Assembly: GCA_002009975.1 (NCBI GenBank)
Contig: MTLP01000012.1
Span: 32,001-96,000, forward strand
Source of the DNA: Thermococcus sp. JdFR-02
GTDB taxonomy: Archaea > Methanobacteriota_B > Thermococci > Thermococcales > Thermococcaceae
Length of the DNA: 64,000 nucleotides
Direction of reading: 5' to 3'
The first letter of the stretch is position 1, and every line of letters starts with the position of its first letter. The notes beneath the pieces were generated by a model. That model was not told the origin of the DNA, did not search any database, and saw only the letters and a list, made by a program, of their open reading frames with translations. Of this stretch, positions 17,745-30,008 are shown piece by piece. A program made the position numbers and the translations under genes.

Positions 17745-20700
17745 ATGGAAGAATTTAGTGATGAAATGAAAGCTTACTTTGAAAGGCTTCAAAGGGAGAT
17801 TGATAAAGTTTATGAAATAGCTAAAAAAGCGAGAATTCAAGGGAAAGACCCTGTTAGGGATATTGAAGTTCCACAAGCAACTGATATGGCTGGTAGAGTT
17901 GAGAGCTTAGTTGGACCCAAGGGAGTTGCTCAAAGAATTAGAGAGTTAGCACAAGAGTATGGTAAAGAGTTAGCAGCACTAAAAGTTGTTGATGAAATAA
18001 TTGAAGGAAAGTTTGGCGAGATGAGCTTAGAAGAAAAAGCTGAACAAGCCGTGAGAACTGCTTTAGCTATTCTTACAGAAGGTATTGTTTCTGCCCCTAT
18101 TGAAGGTATCGCTTACGTTAAGATAAAACAAAATTCTGATGGGAGTAAATATCTAGCATTATACTATGCAGGCCCCATTAGGAGTAGCGGTGGAACTGCC
18201 CAAGCCTTGAGTGTTCTAGTTGGTGATTATGTTAGAAGAAAACTTGGATTGGATAGATATAAGCCAACAAATGATGAAATAGAGCGTTATGTTGAGGAAA
18301 TAGACCTTTATCACAGAGCAGTTACAAGATTGCAATATTATCCAAGTGCCGATGAGGTTAGATTAGCAATTCAAAACATCCCCGTTGAGATAACGGGAGA
18401 AGCTACAGATGATGTTGAGGTTAGTGGTTATAGGAATTTGCCAAGAGTCGAGACCAATCAGCTTAGAGGTGGTGCATTATTGGTCTTGGCAGAGGGTGTT
18501 CTTCAAAAGGCTAAAAAATTGGTCAAATACATAGACAAGATGGGAATTGATGGGTGGGAGTGGCTTAAGGAATTTGTAAAGAGTAAAGAAATGGGAAAGG
18601 GCGAGGAAAGCAAAAGCGAGGTTGCAAATGAGGAAACAACATCTCAACTAACAATCGAGGAAAGGAAAGGTTTCTATTATGAGCTTTATGAAAGACTTAA
18701 CAAAGAGATTGCTCCGAATAAAAAATACACAAAAGAGATCATAGGTGGCAGACCTCTATTTGCAGAACCCTCAGCAAATGGTGGATTTAGACTTAGGTAT
18801 GGTCGCTCAAGAACGAGTGGTTTTGCCACATGGGCTGTTAATCCAGCAACAATGATTTTAGTTGATGAGTTTTTAGCTGTAGGAACTCAAATGAAGACTG
18901 AAAGACCCGGAAAAGGTTGTATTGTAACACCAAACACAACTATCGAAGGACCAATAGTTAAGCTAAAAGATGGAAGCGTTGTTAGGGCTGATGATTATGA
19001 AATCGCTCTTAAAATAAGAAATGATGTTGTTGAAGTCCTTTATTTAGGAGATGCGTTAGTTAATTTTGGTGATTTTCTTGAAAACAATCAAACCCTTTTA
19101 CCAGCCAATTATGTTGAAGAATGGTGGATACAAGAGCTGATAAAAGCGGTAAATGACATTTACGAAGTTGAGCTTAAACCCTTTGAAGAAAATCCAAGAG
19201 AGAACGTTGAAGAAGCGGCAGATTATCTTGATTTGGATGTTGATTTTTTGGCTAAGCTTTTGTACGACCCCATTAGGGTTAAGCCAAAAGTTGAAGAAGC
19301 AATTCATCTTTCAAGAATCCTTGGAATTCCCCTACATCCTTATTACACACTCTTTTGGAATACATTGACTGTTGAAGAACTTATTCAACTTCAAAATGCC
19401 TTAATAAATGCCCAAATTGAATGGGGTAGCTATCTGGGTAATAAATATGCTAAGAAAATAATCCTTAGTTTGGAGAGTATAAAAAGAACGAAAGTTAAGA
19501 GAAGCTTAGAGCTTTTAGGTTTGCCCCATAAAGTTGAGGATGGCTTTGTGGTCATTGAATATCCATGGAGTGCCGCACTTTTAACTCCATTGGCTAATCT
19601 GGAGAAAAGAATTGAAGTTAAACAATTCTATACACCAATTGATTTAATCAATGAAATAAGCCCAATAAAGCTTAGGGATAAGGGAATCAGTTGGATTGGC
19701 GCAAGAATGGGCAGACCAGAAAAAGCTAAGGAAAGAAAAATGAAACCACCAGTTCATGTCCTTTTCCCAATAGGCTTAGCTGGGGGAAATTCGAGAGATA
19801 TTTACAAAGCGGCAGAAGAGGGAAAAGTGGCGGATGTGGAGATTGCTCAATTTAAGTGTACGAACTGTGGTCATGTGGACATTTTCCCAACCTGTCCCGA
19901 GTGTGGGGGAGAGACTAAAATACTCTTCACATGCCCAAGGTGTAAACATCAGTCAACAGAGGAGAAAGTTTGTCCAAGATGTAACGTTGAGATGAGAGCA
20001 TATGTGAGAAGGAAGATTAACCCAAGGGAACTTTTGAGTAAAGCCATGGAGAACGTTAGGATCAATACTTTGGATAAGCTAAAAGGCGTTATGGGTATGA
20101 CCTCTGCTTACAAAGTTCCAGAGCCCTTGGAAAAGGGTGTTTTAAGAGCTAAGAATGACGTTTACGTCTTTAAGGATGGTACTATTAGATTTGATGCAAC
20201 AGATGCCCCAATTACTCATTTTAGACCAAGAGAAATAGGTGTTTCAGTTGAAAGACTTAGGGAACTTGGCTATACCCATGATTTTGAAGGAAAGCCGTTG
20301 GTTAGTGATGATCAAATTTTGGAGCTTAAAGTTCAAGACGTTATTCTTTCAAAAGAAGCTGGTAAATACTTGGTTAGGGTTGCAAAGTTTATAGATGACT
20401 TGCTTGAGAGATTTTATGGATTGCCGAGGTTTTACAATGTAGAGAAGATGGAGGATTTAGTAGGACATTTAGTTATTGGCTTAGCACCACACACTTCAGC
20501 TGGTATAGTGGGGAGGATAATAGGCTTTGTTGATGCCTTGGTTGGTTATGCACATCCATATTATCATGCAGCGAAGAGGAGGAACTGTTTCCCCAGTAAT
20601 ACGGAAATTTTGGTGAACATTGAAGGAGAACCCAAGAGAGTTACTCTTGAAGAACTCTATGGGGATCTTTATGAAGATGAAACCTATGAAAACATGGTTT

Positions 20701-22973
20701 ATGTTAAGAGAAAGCCGAAGAAGGGGATTAAGGTTTACTCATTTGATACAAAGAGCGGAAAAGTTGTTTTAACGGAAATTGAAAATGTTATAAAAGCTCC
20801 AGCAACTGATCATTTAATTAAGATAGCCCTTGAAACTGGGAGAAGCTTTGAAACTACCGTTGATCATCCTGTTATAGTTTATGAAAATGGGGAATTCAAG
20901 GAGAAGAGAGCTTTTGAAGTTAAAGAAGGAGATTTAATTTTGCTGCCAAAGATTGAATTTGAAGTGGAAGACATTGAAGAGATTGATTTGCTCAAAGAAT
21001 TTGCTAAGGATGAATTTAAAGAACTGTGGAACGTTATTATGGTTCGTGGAATTGCTGAGTGGCTTAAGAAAGTTCTATCCTCTGCGGAAATTTCTGGATA
21101 TCATGAATATCTAAAAAGGAACTCTATTCCGCTTTCTGTTATTTTAAAACTACTGGAAGAGAAAGGTCTTACTTTAGATGACATTCCTAAGGAGTTATAT
21201 CTCGGAATTAAGCGGGATAAGGTTAAGATAAAACGCACTGTGAAGATTGAACCATTACTCAAGTTAATTGGCTACTATCTTGCTGAAGGTTATGCGAGGG
21301 AAAGCAACAGCGTTTATCAGATAAGCTTCTCAAATGGTGATAAAGAGATTAGAGAGGACATCAAACGTGCCCTTAGGGAAGCCTTTGGAGATGGCTTTGG
21401 AATGTACGAACGTGGAGAAAAAATAACTGTGGGCTCAAGGATCATTTACCTACTGTTCACTAAGGTTTTGAAAGCTGGAAGTGGAGCTAGAGATAAAAGA
21501 GTTCCATCCTTTGTCTTTAAACTCCCGAGAGAAAAGGTCAAGCACTTGCTTCAAGCCTATTTTGAAGGGGATGGAAGTGCCATAAAAACAGCTGCTCGTG
21601 TAGTTGTTTATAGTGTCAACAAACCTCTCCTTGAAGATATTGAGACACTACTCTTGTCCAAGTTTGGTATCAGGGGATATTACACCCTAGATAAGAATGC
21701 CAACAGAGGGAACGCCCGTGGAAGACTCTATCATATTGAGCGCGGAAACGAGCCGCCAATATCTAAAGTGTATGCTCTCAACATAGCTGGTGAATACTAT
21801 GACCAGTTCTTTGGGGAGATTGGCTTCACTAGTGAGCGTAAGAACTCTGTTTATGACTTACACAAGAACAGAAATCGCATTAGGGATAAGTACTTTACTG
21901 AAAATGGATGGCTCCTTAAGGTCAAGCGTGTTGAATACATTAAACCAGAAGAAGAATTTGTGTTCTCTTTAAATGCAAAGCAATATCATAATGTTATAAT
22001 TAATGAAAATATTGTAACACATCAATGTGATGGAGATGAGGATGCTGTTATGCTCCTTCTCGATGCTCTATTGAATTTCAGCAAATACTATCTCCCAGAA
22101 AAGCGTGGAGGAAAAATGGATGCACCTTTGGTTATTACTACAAGATTAGACCCAAAAGAGGTTGATAGCGAAGTTCATAACATGGATGTTGTCCGCTATT
22201 ACCCACTTGAATTTTACCAAGCAACCTATGAATTTAGATCTCCAAAGGAAATAAAGCTCATTGAGAGAGTTGAAGATCGTTTAGGAAAACCTGAGCAATA
22301 TGAAGGTTTAAAATTCACTCATGATACAGATGATATAGCTTTGGGTCCAAAGATGAGCAGATACAAGCTATTGGGTGATATGGAAGAAAAAGTTAAACAG
22401 CAGTTAGTGCTCGCTGAAAAAATTAGGGCTGTTAATGAGCATCATGTTGCTGAGACGATTATAAACTCTCATTTAATTCCAGATTTGAGGGGTAATTTGA
22501 GAAGCTTCACAAGACAGGAGTTTAGATGTGTTAAATGTAACACAAAATACAGGAGACCACCATTAAACGGAAAATGTCCAAAATGTGGTGGAAAAATCGT
22601 TTTGACAGTTTCAAAAGGTGCAATTGAAAAGTATTTGCCGGCAGCAAAAACTTTGGTCACTGAATATGATGTGCTTGATTATACAAGGCAGAGGATATGT
22701 TTAACTGAAAAAGACATAAAATCTCTATTTGCAACGGTTTTTCCAGAAACGCAGAAAATCTTAATGACATCTAAAACAATTGACATCTGTGAAAAAATGG
22801 TGATCGATAGATTCGGTGGAAGGAGAAAAAATGGATATCTGGAGGAGTTAAAAGCAAATGGCATGTTAAAGAAGAAGGAAAAACCGAAAGAAGAGAAAAA
22901 ACTTGAGTTTAAAAAGAAGCCTAAGAAGAAAAAGAAAGTTGTTAGTTTGGAAGAGTTCTTCAGTGGAAAATAG
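17745..22973 (+). CDS. polC: DNA polymerase D large subunit DP2, intein-containing
   Basis: GPIRSSGGTAQ, Zn fingers, catalytic AKRRN|CDGDED split by an intein, C-terminal PIP-like SLEEFF. Confidence 0.97.
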   Translation: MEEFSDEMKAYFERLQREIDKVYEIAKKARIQGKDPVRDIEVPQATDMAGRVESLVGPKGVAQRIRELAQEYGKELAALKVVDEIIEGKFGEMSLEEKAEQAVRTALAILTEGIVSAPIEGIAYVKIKQNSDGSKYLALYYAGPIRSSGGTAQALSVLVGDYVRRKLGLDRYKPTNDEIERYVEEIDLYHRAVTRLQYYPSADEVRLAIQNIPVEITGEATDDVEVSGYRNLPRVETNQLRGGALLVLAEGVLQKAKKLVKYIDKMGIDGWEWLKEFVKSKEMGKGEESKSEVANEETTSQLTIEERKGFYYELYERLNKEIAPNKKYTKEIIGGRPLFAEPSANGGFRLRYGRSRTSGFATWAVNPATMILVDEFLAVGTQMKTERPGKGCIVTPNTTIEGPIVKLKDGSVVRADDYEIALKIRNDVVEVLYLGDALVNFGDFLENNQTLLPANYVEEWWIQELIKAVNDIYEVELKPFEENPRENVEEAADYLDLDVDFLAKLLYDPIRVKPKVEEAIHLSRILGIPLHPYYTLFWNTLTVEELIQLQNALINAQIEWGSYLGNKYAKKIILSLESIKRTKVKRSLELLGLPHKVEDGFVVIEYPWSAALLTPLANLEKRIEVKQFYTPIDLINEISPIKLRDKGISWIGARMGRPEKAKERKMKPPVHVLFPIGLAGGNSRDIYKAAEEGKVADVEIAQFKCTNCGHVDIFPTCPECGGETKILFTCPRCKHQSTEEKVCPRCNVEMRAYVRRKINPRELLSKAMENVRINTLDKLKGVMGMTSAYKVPEPLEKGVLRAKNDVYVFKDGTIRFDATDAPITHFRPREIGVSVERLRELGYTHDFEGKPLVSDDQILELKVQDVILSKEAGKYLVRVAKFIDDLLERFYGLPRFYNVEKMEDLVGHLVIGLAPHTSAGIVGRIIGFVDALVGYAHPYYHAAKRRNCFPSNTEILVNIEGEPKRVTLEELYGDLYEDETYENMVYVKRKPKKGIKVYSFDTKSGKVVLTEIENVIKAPATDHLIKIALETGRSFETTVDHPVIVYENGEFKEKRAFEVKEGDLILLPKIEFEVEDIEEIDLLKEFAKDEFKELWNVIMVRGIAEWLKKVLSSAEISGYHEYLKRNSIPLSVILKLLEEKGLTLDDIPKELYLGIKRDKVKIKRTVKIEPLLKLIGYYLAEGYARESNSVYQISFSNGDKEIREDIKRALREAFGDGFGMYERGEKITVGSRIIYLLFTKVLKAGSGARDKRVPSFVFKLPREKVKHLLQAYFEGDGSAIKTAARVVVYSVNKPLLEDIETLLLSKFGIRGYYTLDKNANRGNARGRLYHIERGNEPPISKVYALNIAGEYYDQFFGEIGFTSERKNSVYDLHKNRNRIRDKYFTENGWLLKVKRVEYIKPEEEFVFSLNAKQYHNVIINENIVTHQCDGDEDAVMLLLDALLNFSKYYLPEKRGGKMDAPLVITTRLDPKEVDSEVHNMDVVRYYPLEFYQATYEFRSPKEIKLIERVEDRLGKPEQYEGLKFTHDTDDIALGPKMSRYKLLGDMEEKVKQQLVLAEKIRAVNEHHVAETIINSHLIPDLRGNLRSFTRQEFRCVKCNTKYRRPPLNGKCPKCGGKIVLTVSKGAIEKYLPAAKTLVTEYDVLDYTRQRICLTEKDIKSLFATVFPETQKILMTSKTIDICEKMVIDRFGGRRKNGYLEELKANGMLKKKEKPKEEKKLEFKKKPKKKKKVVSLEEFFSGK
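20586..22025 (+). mobile_element. 480-aa intein with LAGLIDADG homing endonuclease, C-terminal His-Gln
   Basis: Starts CFPSNT after KRRN; block B TTVDHP; endonuclease motifs LIGYYLAEG and LLQAYFEGDG; ends IVTHQ before CDGDED. Confidence 0.93.
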
Positions 22974-23022
22974 TTGCGAAAATCGTATAAACCTTTAGTC
23001 ACTAATTTTATTTTTGAGAGCC

Positions 23023-23709
23023 ATGAAAATAGTGCCGAGTATAGCTTATCTACGCATTTACAAACAAGCCTTTGTTGGATATTCAATGGCATTAGCTGGA
23101 TGGATCGGAGAGCATCTGCTTAATGAAAATTCTCTTCCAAAGCCAATATTCTTTTTTAAAGCTCTCAGAAAGCTTAATTTTAAATTCATTGGTGAAGATA
23201 AGGAAGATGATAGCTTAACTCAGTTTTTCTCTGGAAAAAATGTTGGTGTAACTGTTTCATTTGAGCCCTTTAGTGATTCTCTTTTCTTACAAATCTATCC
23301 CCTGAAAAAGAGGATTAGTCCCTCAATGACAATTAGGGCACAGTATATAGAATTTTATGATCAGTTCGTAGTTTCTGTTGAACCAGCTCAAAGGTTGCCC
23401 CATGGGATTAAAAGCGTGGGGATAAATGCTTTAATTATTGAGGACAGTTATCCAATTTCCCTTCCTTACTGGGGAATGGTTCATGAGGATTGGGAAAATG
23501 ATCTCAAGCTTTTAGTCATGTTAAACAATATCTATGATGATTTGGAGGGAAGAGAATATAGATGTCCAATCTGCTTTTCTACATTAAGAAGAGAGGGAGA
23601 AGCATTAAAATGTGATAGCTGTGGCTTTGTATTCACAAGTGAAGAAAACTTCGACAAAGTGTTGTCAGAGTTCTCTTTAGAAGTAGGAGAAGAGATATTC
23701 AAGGTTTGA
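23023..23709 (+). CDS. Hypothetical protein with C-terminal zinc ribbon
   Basis: CPIC-x12-CDSC near the C terminus; directly downstream of DP2. Confidence 0.75.
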   Translation: MKIVPSIAYLRIYKQAFVGYSMALAGWIGEHLLNENSLPKPIFFFKALRKLNFKFIGEDKEDDSLTQFFSGKNVGVTVSFEPFSDSLFLQIYPLKKRISPSMTIRAQYIEFYDQFVVSVEPAQRLPHGIKSVGINALIIEDSYPISLPYWGMVHEDWENDLKLLVMLNNIYDDLEGREYRCPICFSTLRREGEALKCDSCGFVFTSEENFDKVLSEFSLEVGEEIFKV

Positions 23710-23764
23710 TTGCTTAGCGATGGTAAAATTTATAAAGCAATTCTAACACCTATGAAATGGGCAT

Positions 23765-23840
23765 AGCCCCGTGGTGTAGCGGCCAAGCATGCGGGACTTT
23801 GGATCCCGCGACCGGGGTTCGAATCCCCGCGGGGCTACCA
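23765..23840 (+). tRNA. tRNA-Gln(TTG)
   Basis: Acceptor AGCCCCG/CGGGGCT, anticodon arm CGGGA-CTTTGGA-TCCCG, GGTTCGAATCC T-arm, encoded CCA, upstream TTTATAAA. Confidence 0.97.
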
Positions 23841-23914
23841 TCAAAGCGGGCTCCAGACCTTCGAACCCCCAAAAATTCTTCTAATTTTCTAAGAATTAAA
23901 ACAAAAAGAAGAGT

Positions 23915-26558
<2,644 letters not shown>

Positions 26559-26574
26559 CCTTCCACCCCCAGTA

Positions 26575-26591
26575 TATCACTCTTAGTGTTG
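26575..26591. promoter_or_regulatory. TGM (TrmBL1/Tgr site) upstream of gor
   Basis: TATCAC-TCTTA-GTGTTG versus consensus TATCAC-N5-GTGATA; between the TATA box and start codon. Confidence 0.7.
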
Positions 26592-26682
26592 GATGAGTTA
26601 ATAAACATATTTAAAACTTATGTCTCGTATGCTCTAAATTAGAAAAGAAATTGTCAATTAGAAATAAAGAAAAGAGAAAACT

Positions 26683-27807
26683 TCAAATTTGTTCAAATCT
26701 GTCTTTAAGTTTATCCAATACATGGGGTAGGGTTGTGTATTCCATGTCTTCAAGTGGTAATCTATGTGGCTCAAATGGTCCATGCCTTCTCATGTAATCT
26801 GCGATCTCTAAAGCTTTTCTTCTTGCATCGTCAAAGGAAACATCATCAAATAAATCAACCGGACCTATTAACTTTCCATCTTTATTTATCTGCCATCCTA
26901 AAGCCATTACTCTTGGAGGTCCATCAAATCTTGCTGGAGTTGCGTATTTAAGTGGGACGGGCATTATTGGACCGTTGTGACTTCCACGCATCCAACCACT
27001 AACCAAATGTGGGAATGCAAATGGTTCTAAGACTTCTCCTAAAGCAGGCAATCCACTTTGAGCTCTCACAATAGCAACGGGATCATCTTTTCCTACATAT
27101 TCCCCAGCAATTTGATAAAGTTTCTCTGTGCTAATAACAGCAACTGGCTCGTCCTTTGGTAGTTTATGGCCCTCTTTTGGGAAAACCCTCTTAATAACAT
27201 ATCTTGATTTTGCCCCAATCAGGGCTAGAATATCATAAAGTTCCTCTGGGGATTTCATTATAACCCTTTTATGCTCCATAATATCCCAAATCTCGAATCT
27301 AAAGCCCATATGCATGTTTGGATCGATTACCAATCCTGCTGTATTGAAAGGATCAGCAAACATTCTAAAGATTGGCAAGTTAAATGCTCCTGGCTCTGTT
27401 TTGTCCATGTGGAAAGTTACTATCGGCTCGCTTTTTCTTAGTGTTATCTCCATCTCTGCTACTCCAGGTCCCATACCTTTAATGTTTCCGCTAAATGCGT
27501 CTTTTAATAAATCTTGACCAGCTCCATATAACCCAAGTTCTTTAGCAACTTCAGTTGCTTCTTTAAACACATTCCATGCCAGTCCATGGATTTCTTCACT
27601 ATCTACGCCTTTTTTATGTGTCATTATTAACTGTACATCGTCTCCACAGTAAGTTGCATGGTAGTCAATGATTGTACCTTCTTCTTTGGCTTTACTCAAC
27701 ATCTCATTTGCCTTCTCTATGAGAGCTGGGTGAACCTTGTGATGTCCTGGCCAGCCGCCTATGTCCGCTTTTATAACGCTAATTGTTATTTTTTCTCCTA
27801 CTGCCAT
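26683..27807 (-). CDS. fbp: Fructose-1,6-bisphosphate aldolase/phosphatase (class V)
   Basis: SVIKADIGG.PGH, LYGAGQDLL, DKTEPGAFN, YVGKDDP and GPFEPHRL. Confidence 0.96.
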   Translation of the reverse strand: MAVGEKITISVIKADIGGWPGHHKVHPALIEKANEMLSKAKEEGTIIDYHATYCGDDVQLIMTHKKGVDSEEIHGLAWNVFKEATEVAKELGLYGAGQDLLKDAFSGNIKGMGPGVAEMEITLRKSEPIVTFHMDKTEPGAFNLPIFRMFADPFNTAGLVIDPNMHMGFRFEIWDIMEHKRVIMKSPEELYDILALIGAKSRYVIKRVFPKEGHKLPKDEPVAVISTEKLYQIAGEYVGKDDPVAIVRAQSGLPALGEVLEPFAFPHLVSGWMRGSHNGPIMPVPLKYATPARFDGPPRVMALGWQINKDGKLIGPVDLFDDVSFDDARRKALEIADYMRRHGPFEPHRLPLEDMEYTTLPHVLDKLKDRFEQI

Positions 27808-27867
27808 TGATATCACCATTTAGAAAATTGTGACTCATCTCTTATAAGATTTTACTATTTTCAAATA

Positions 27868-27884
27868 TATCACCTGAGATGATA
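27868..27884. promoter_or_regulatory. TGM upstream of the fbp TATA box (activating position)
   Basis: TATCAC-CTGAG-ATGATA lies upstream of the minus-strand TATA CTTATAAG (27841-27848). Confidence 0.65.
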
Positions 27885-27930
27885 CATTAATAGAAAAGAT
27901 ATGGATGATATGACGTTGAAAATGTTAAAG

Positions 27931-28176
27931 TTAGGCTTGACAAATATCTTCCCAGCCGAACTCCTCCTTAACGATTCTAATTAATTCTTTGAGTTCTTCT
28001 TTTTTGATGTTAACACTGCTTGTAGCCCCAACCATTGCTATGATTCCATGGATTTCCTCCTGAAGCTGGATGACATCGTCATTGATCTTTGTTACTTTTA
28101 GCTCTCTTCGAGCTATTTCTTCTTCACTTATCCTGAATTTGTCTTCTCCAATCTTAACGTGCTTTATTTCCTTCAT
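27931..28176 (-). CDS. Small hypothetical protein
   Basis: 81-aa ORF, RBS GGTGAC, host-like composition. Confidence 0.7.
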   Translation of the reverse strand: MKEIKHVKIGEDKFRISEEEIARRELKVTKINDDVIQLQEEIHGIIAMVGATSSVNIKKEELKELIRIVKEEFGWEDICQA

Positions 28177-28262
28177 AGATGTCACCGCAATATTTTTGTT
28201 AATTATTGTTAATAAAATTTTTCGATAAAATGATTAAATACTAAGAAGCGGAATTCTGTATC

Positions 28263-28760
28263 ATGGAATACGTTCACTTAATATATAGAAGGCTTCCAAA
28301 TAGGGTTCTTGAGAGATGGGATAAGTTGATTGATGATTTGGGGAATATTATAGTGGCAGAATCTGAATTTTATGGGATGCTAACTCCTCTATATGTTAAC
28401 GGAGTAAAAGTGATTGATAATGGATATAAGATGATTTATTTTGCATTTATTGGAGAAAATTATGACATTTTGAAGGTTTATGATGATAATGGAGATTTTA
28501 GGGGATTTTATGTTGATATTTTGGGTTATACCAAACGTCAAGGGAATATTGTAGAAATGCTAGATTTATTTTTAGATATCTTTATATTCCCAAATGGTGA
28601 TTTCTTTTTACTCGATGAAGATGAGCTTGAGATGGCTCTTAATTATGGAATAATAGATAAAGAAACATTTGATTTTGCCTTTAGTGTTGCTAACAACATT
28701 ATAAAACGCCTTTTGGAAGGCAAGTTTCCTCCAGAAGTTGTTCATAAATATGACATTTGA
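28263..28760 (+). CDS. DUF402 family protein
   Basis: GFYVDI...DLFLDI.IFPNG....LDEDEL signature. Confidence 0.85.
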   Translation: MEYVHLIYRRLPNRVLERWDKLIDDLGNIIVAESEFYGMLTPLYVNGVKVIDNGYKMIYFAFIGENYDILKVYDDNGDFRGFYVDILGYTKRQGNIVEMLDLFLDIFIFPNGDFFLLDEDELEMALNYGIIDKETFDFAFSVANNIIKRLLEGKFPPEVVHKYDI

Positions 28761-28848
28761 GTGTCATAATGACAGAAAACCCTTCAAAAATCTTAAATAT
28801 CCCTTGAAATTTCAGTGCAATACTAACTAATTCTTGGATGTGATAAGT

Positions 28849-29673
28849 ATGAAGAGAATTACGGTTGCAATCATTGGTGCTGGAACTATTGGGAGTGCTG
28901 TTGCAAAAGCTTTGATTAATCAGGATTTTATAAGACGAGTAATTGCAACAAGGAGAAGTTTAAGTAAGCTGGAGAGATTAAAAAACCACGGGATAGAGAT
29001 AACGTCAGATAATAAGAAAGCAGCTAAGGAGAGTGATGTGATAATTCTTTCCATCAAGCCAAAGGATGTCAAAGAGGTTCTTTTAGAGATTTGTCCAGAA
29101 ATAGAGAAGAAACTTGTTATATCATTAGCTGCAGCTCTTTCACTTGAGTTTCTTCAAGAAATATGTCCAAACGCTAAGTTCATAAGAGCAATGCCAAATG
29201 TAGCCCTTTTGGTTAGGGAATCATTTACTGCATATGCTGTTGGGAAAAATGTTAATGAGGAAGAATTAGAAATAGCTGAAAGGATTTTCAATGCTTTTGG
29301 GAAGTTTGTTAGGGTTGAGGAAAAGTATTTGGATGCGATAACTGGTTTAAGCGGTTCAGGACCAGCCTATGCTTCAATACTTCTTGAGGCTTTAATGTAT
29401 GGTGGTCTTTATGTTGGTCTTCCAAGAGATCTCTCTTTAATAGCTGCTGCTCAAACTATTTTGGGAACTGCAAGGTTAGTCATTGACCTTAACATGCATC
29501 CTGCTGAAATTAGGGATATGGTTATTACTCCTGGAGGGACTACAATAGAGGGAATCTATGAAATTGAGGATAGCAATATTAGGACTGCAATTATAAGGGC
29601 GGTGGATACTGCAACAAAAAAGTCCAAAATTCTTTCTTTTGAAATCCTCTCAAACCAAAAGAAAGAACTTTAG
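28849..29673 (+). CDS. proC: Pyrroline-5-carboxylate reductase
   Basis: IIGAGTIG, RAMPN, TGLSGSGPAY and TPGGTTIEG. Confidence 0.93.
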   Translation: MKRITVAIIGAGTIGSAVAKALINQDFIRRVIATRRSLSKLERLKNHGIEITSDNKKAAKESDVIILSIKPKDVKEVLLEICPEIEKKLVISLAAALSLEFLQEICPNAKFIRAMPNVALLVRESFTAYAVGKNVNEEELEIAERIFNAFGKFVRVEEKYLDAITGLSGSGPAYASILLEALMYGGLYVGLPRDLSLIAAAQTILGTARLVIDLNMHPAEIRDMVITPGGTTIEGIYEIEDSNIRTAIIRAVDTATKKSKILSFEILSNQKKEL

Positions 29674-29726
29674 TTTTTACCTTCCGCAAAGCTTATAAAT
29701 TCTCGATAATTTAAAGGGTAGTGGAT

Positions 29727-29871
29727 GGGGGCGTGGTGTAGCCTGGTCTATCATCGCGGGCTCCAGAAGCTATGAGGAAAAGCGGGTTTGCTGACTCGGG
29801 GATGAACTTCTGGAGCCCCGAGCAGCTGGAGAAACCCGCGGACCGGGGTTCAAATCCCCGCGCCCCCACCA
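29727..29871 (+). tRNA. tRNA-Trp(CCA) with 67-nt intron
   Basis: Acceptor GGGGGCG/CGCCCCC plus ACCA; anticodon CCA at 29763-29765; intron about 29767-29833 at position 37/38. Confidence 0.95.
29767..29833 (+). ncRNA. tRNA-Trp intron-encoded C/D-box guide RNA
   Basis: C-like ATGAGGA, D' CTGA, C'-like GATGAAC, D-like CCGA. Guides GCGGGTTT and TTCTGGAGCCC are complementary to its own exon sequences. Confidence 0.85.
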
Positions 29872-29943
29872 ATTACCGCTTCTAGAATTTTAAGAAATAA
29901 TTCAAAAATTTGACTTTTTATAAAGAAAATTTAAAAAGTTTGA

Positions 29944-30001
29944 AGGCTCATTTCGACTCTTCTTCATCACGTCTCAGGAAGGAGAACGCTAATCATCGCC
30001 T
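29944..30001 (-). ncRNA. C/D-box sRNA
   Basis: Minus strand reads AGGC-GATGATT-guide-CTGA-GAC-GTGATGA-guide-ATGA-GCCT, with terminal stem AGGC/GCCT. Confidence 0.75.
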
Positions 30002-30008
30002 AATTAAA

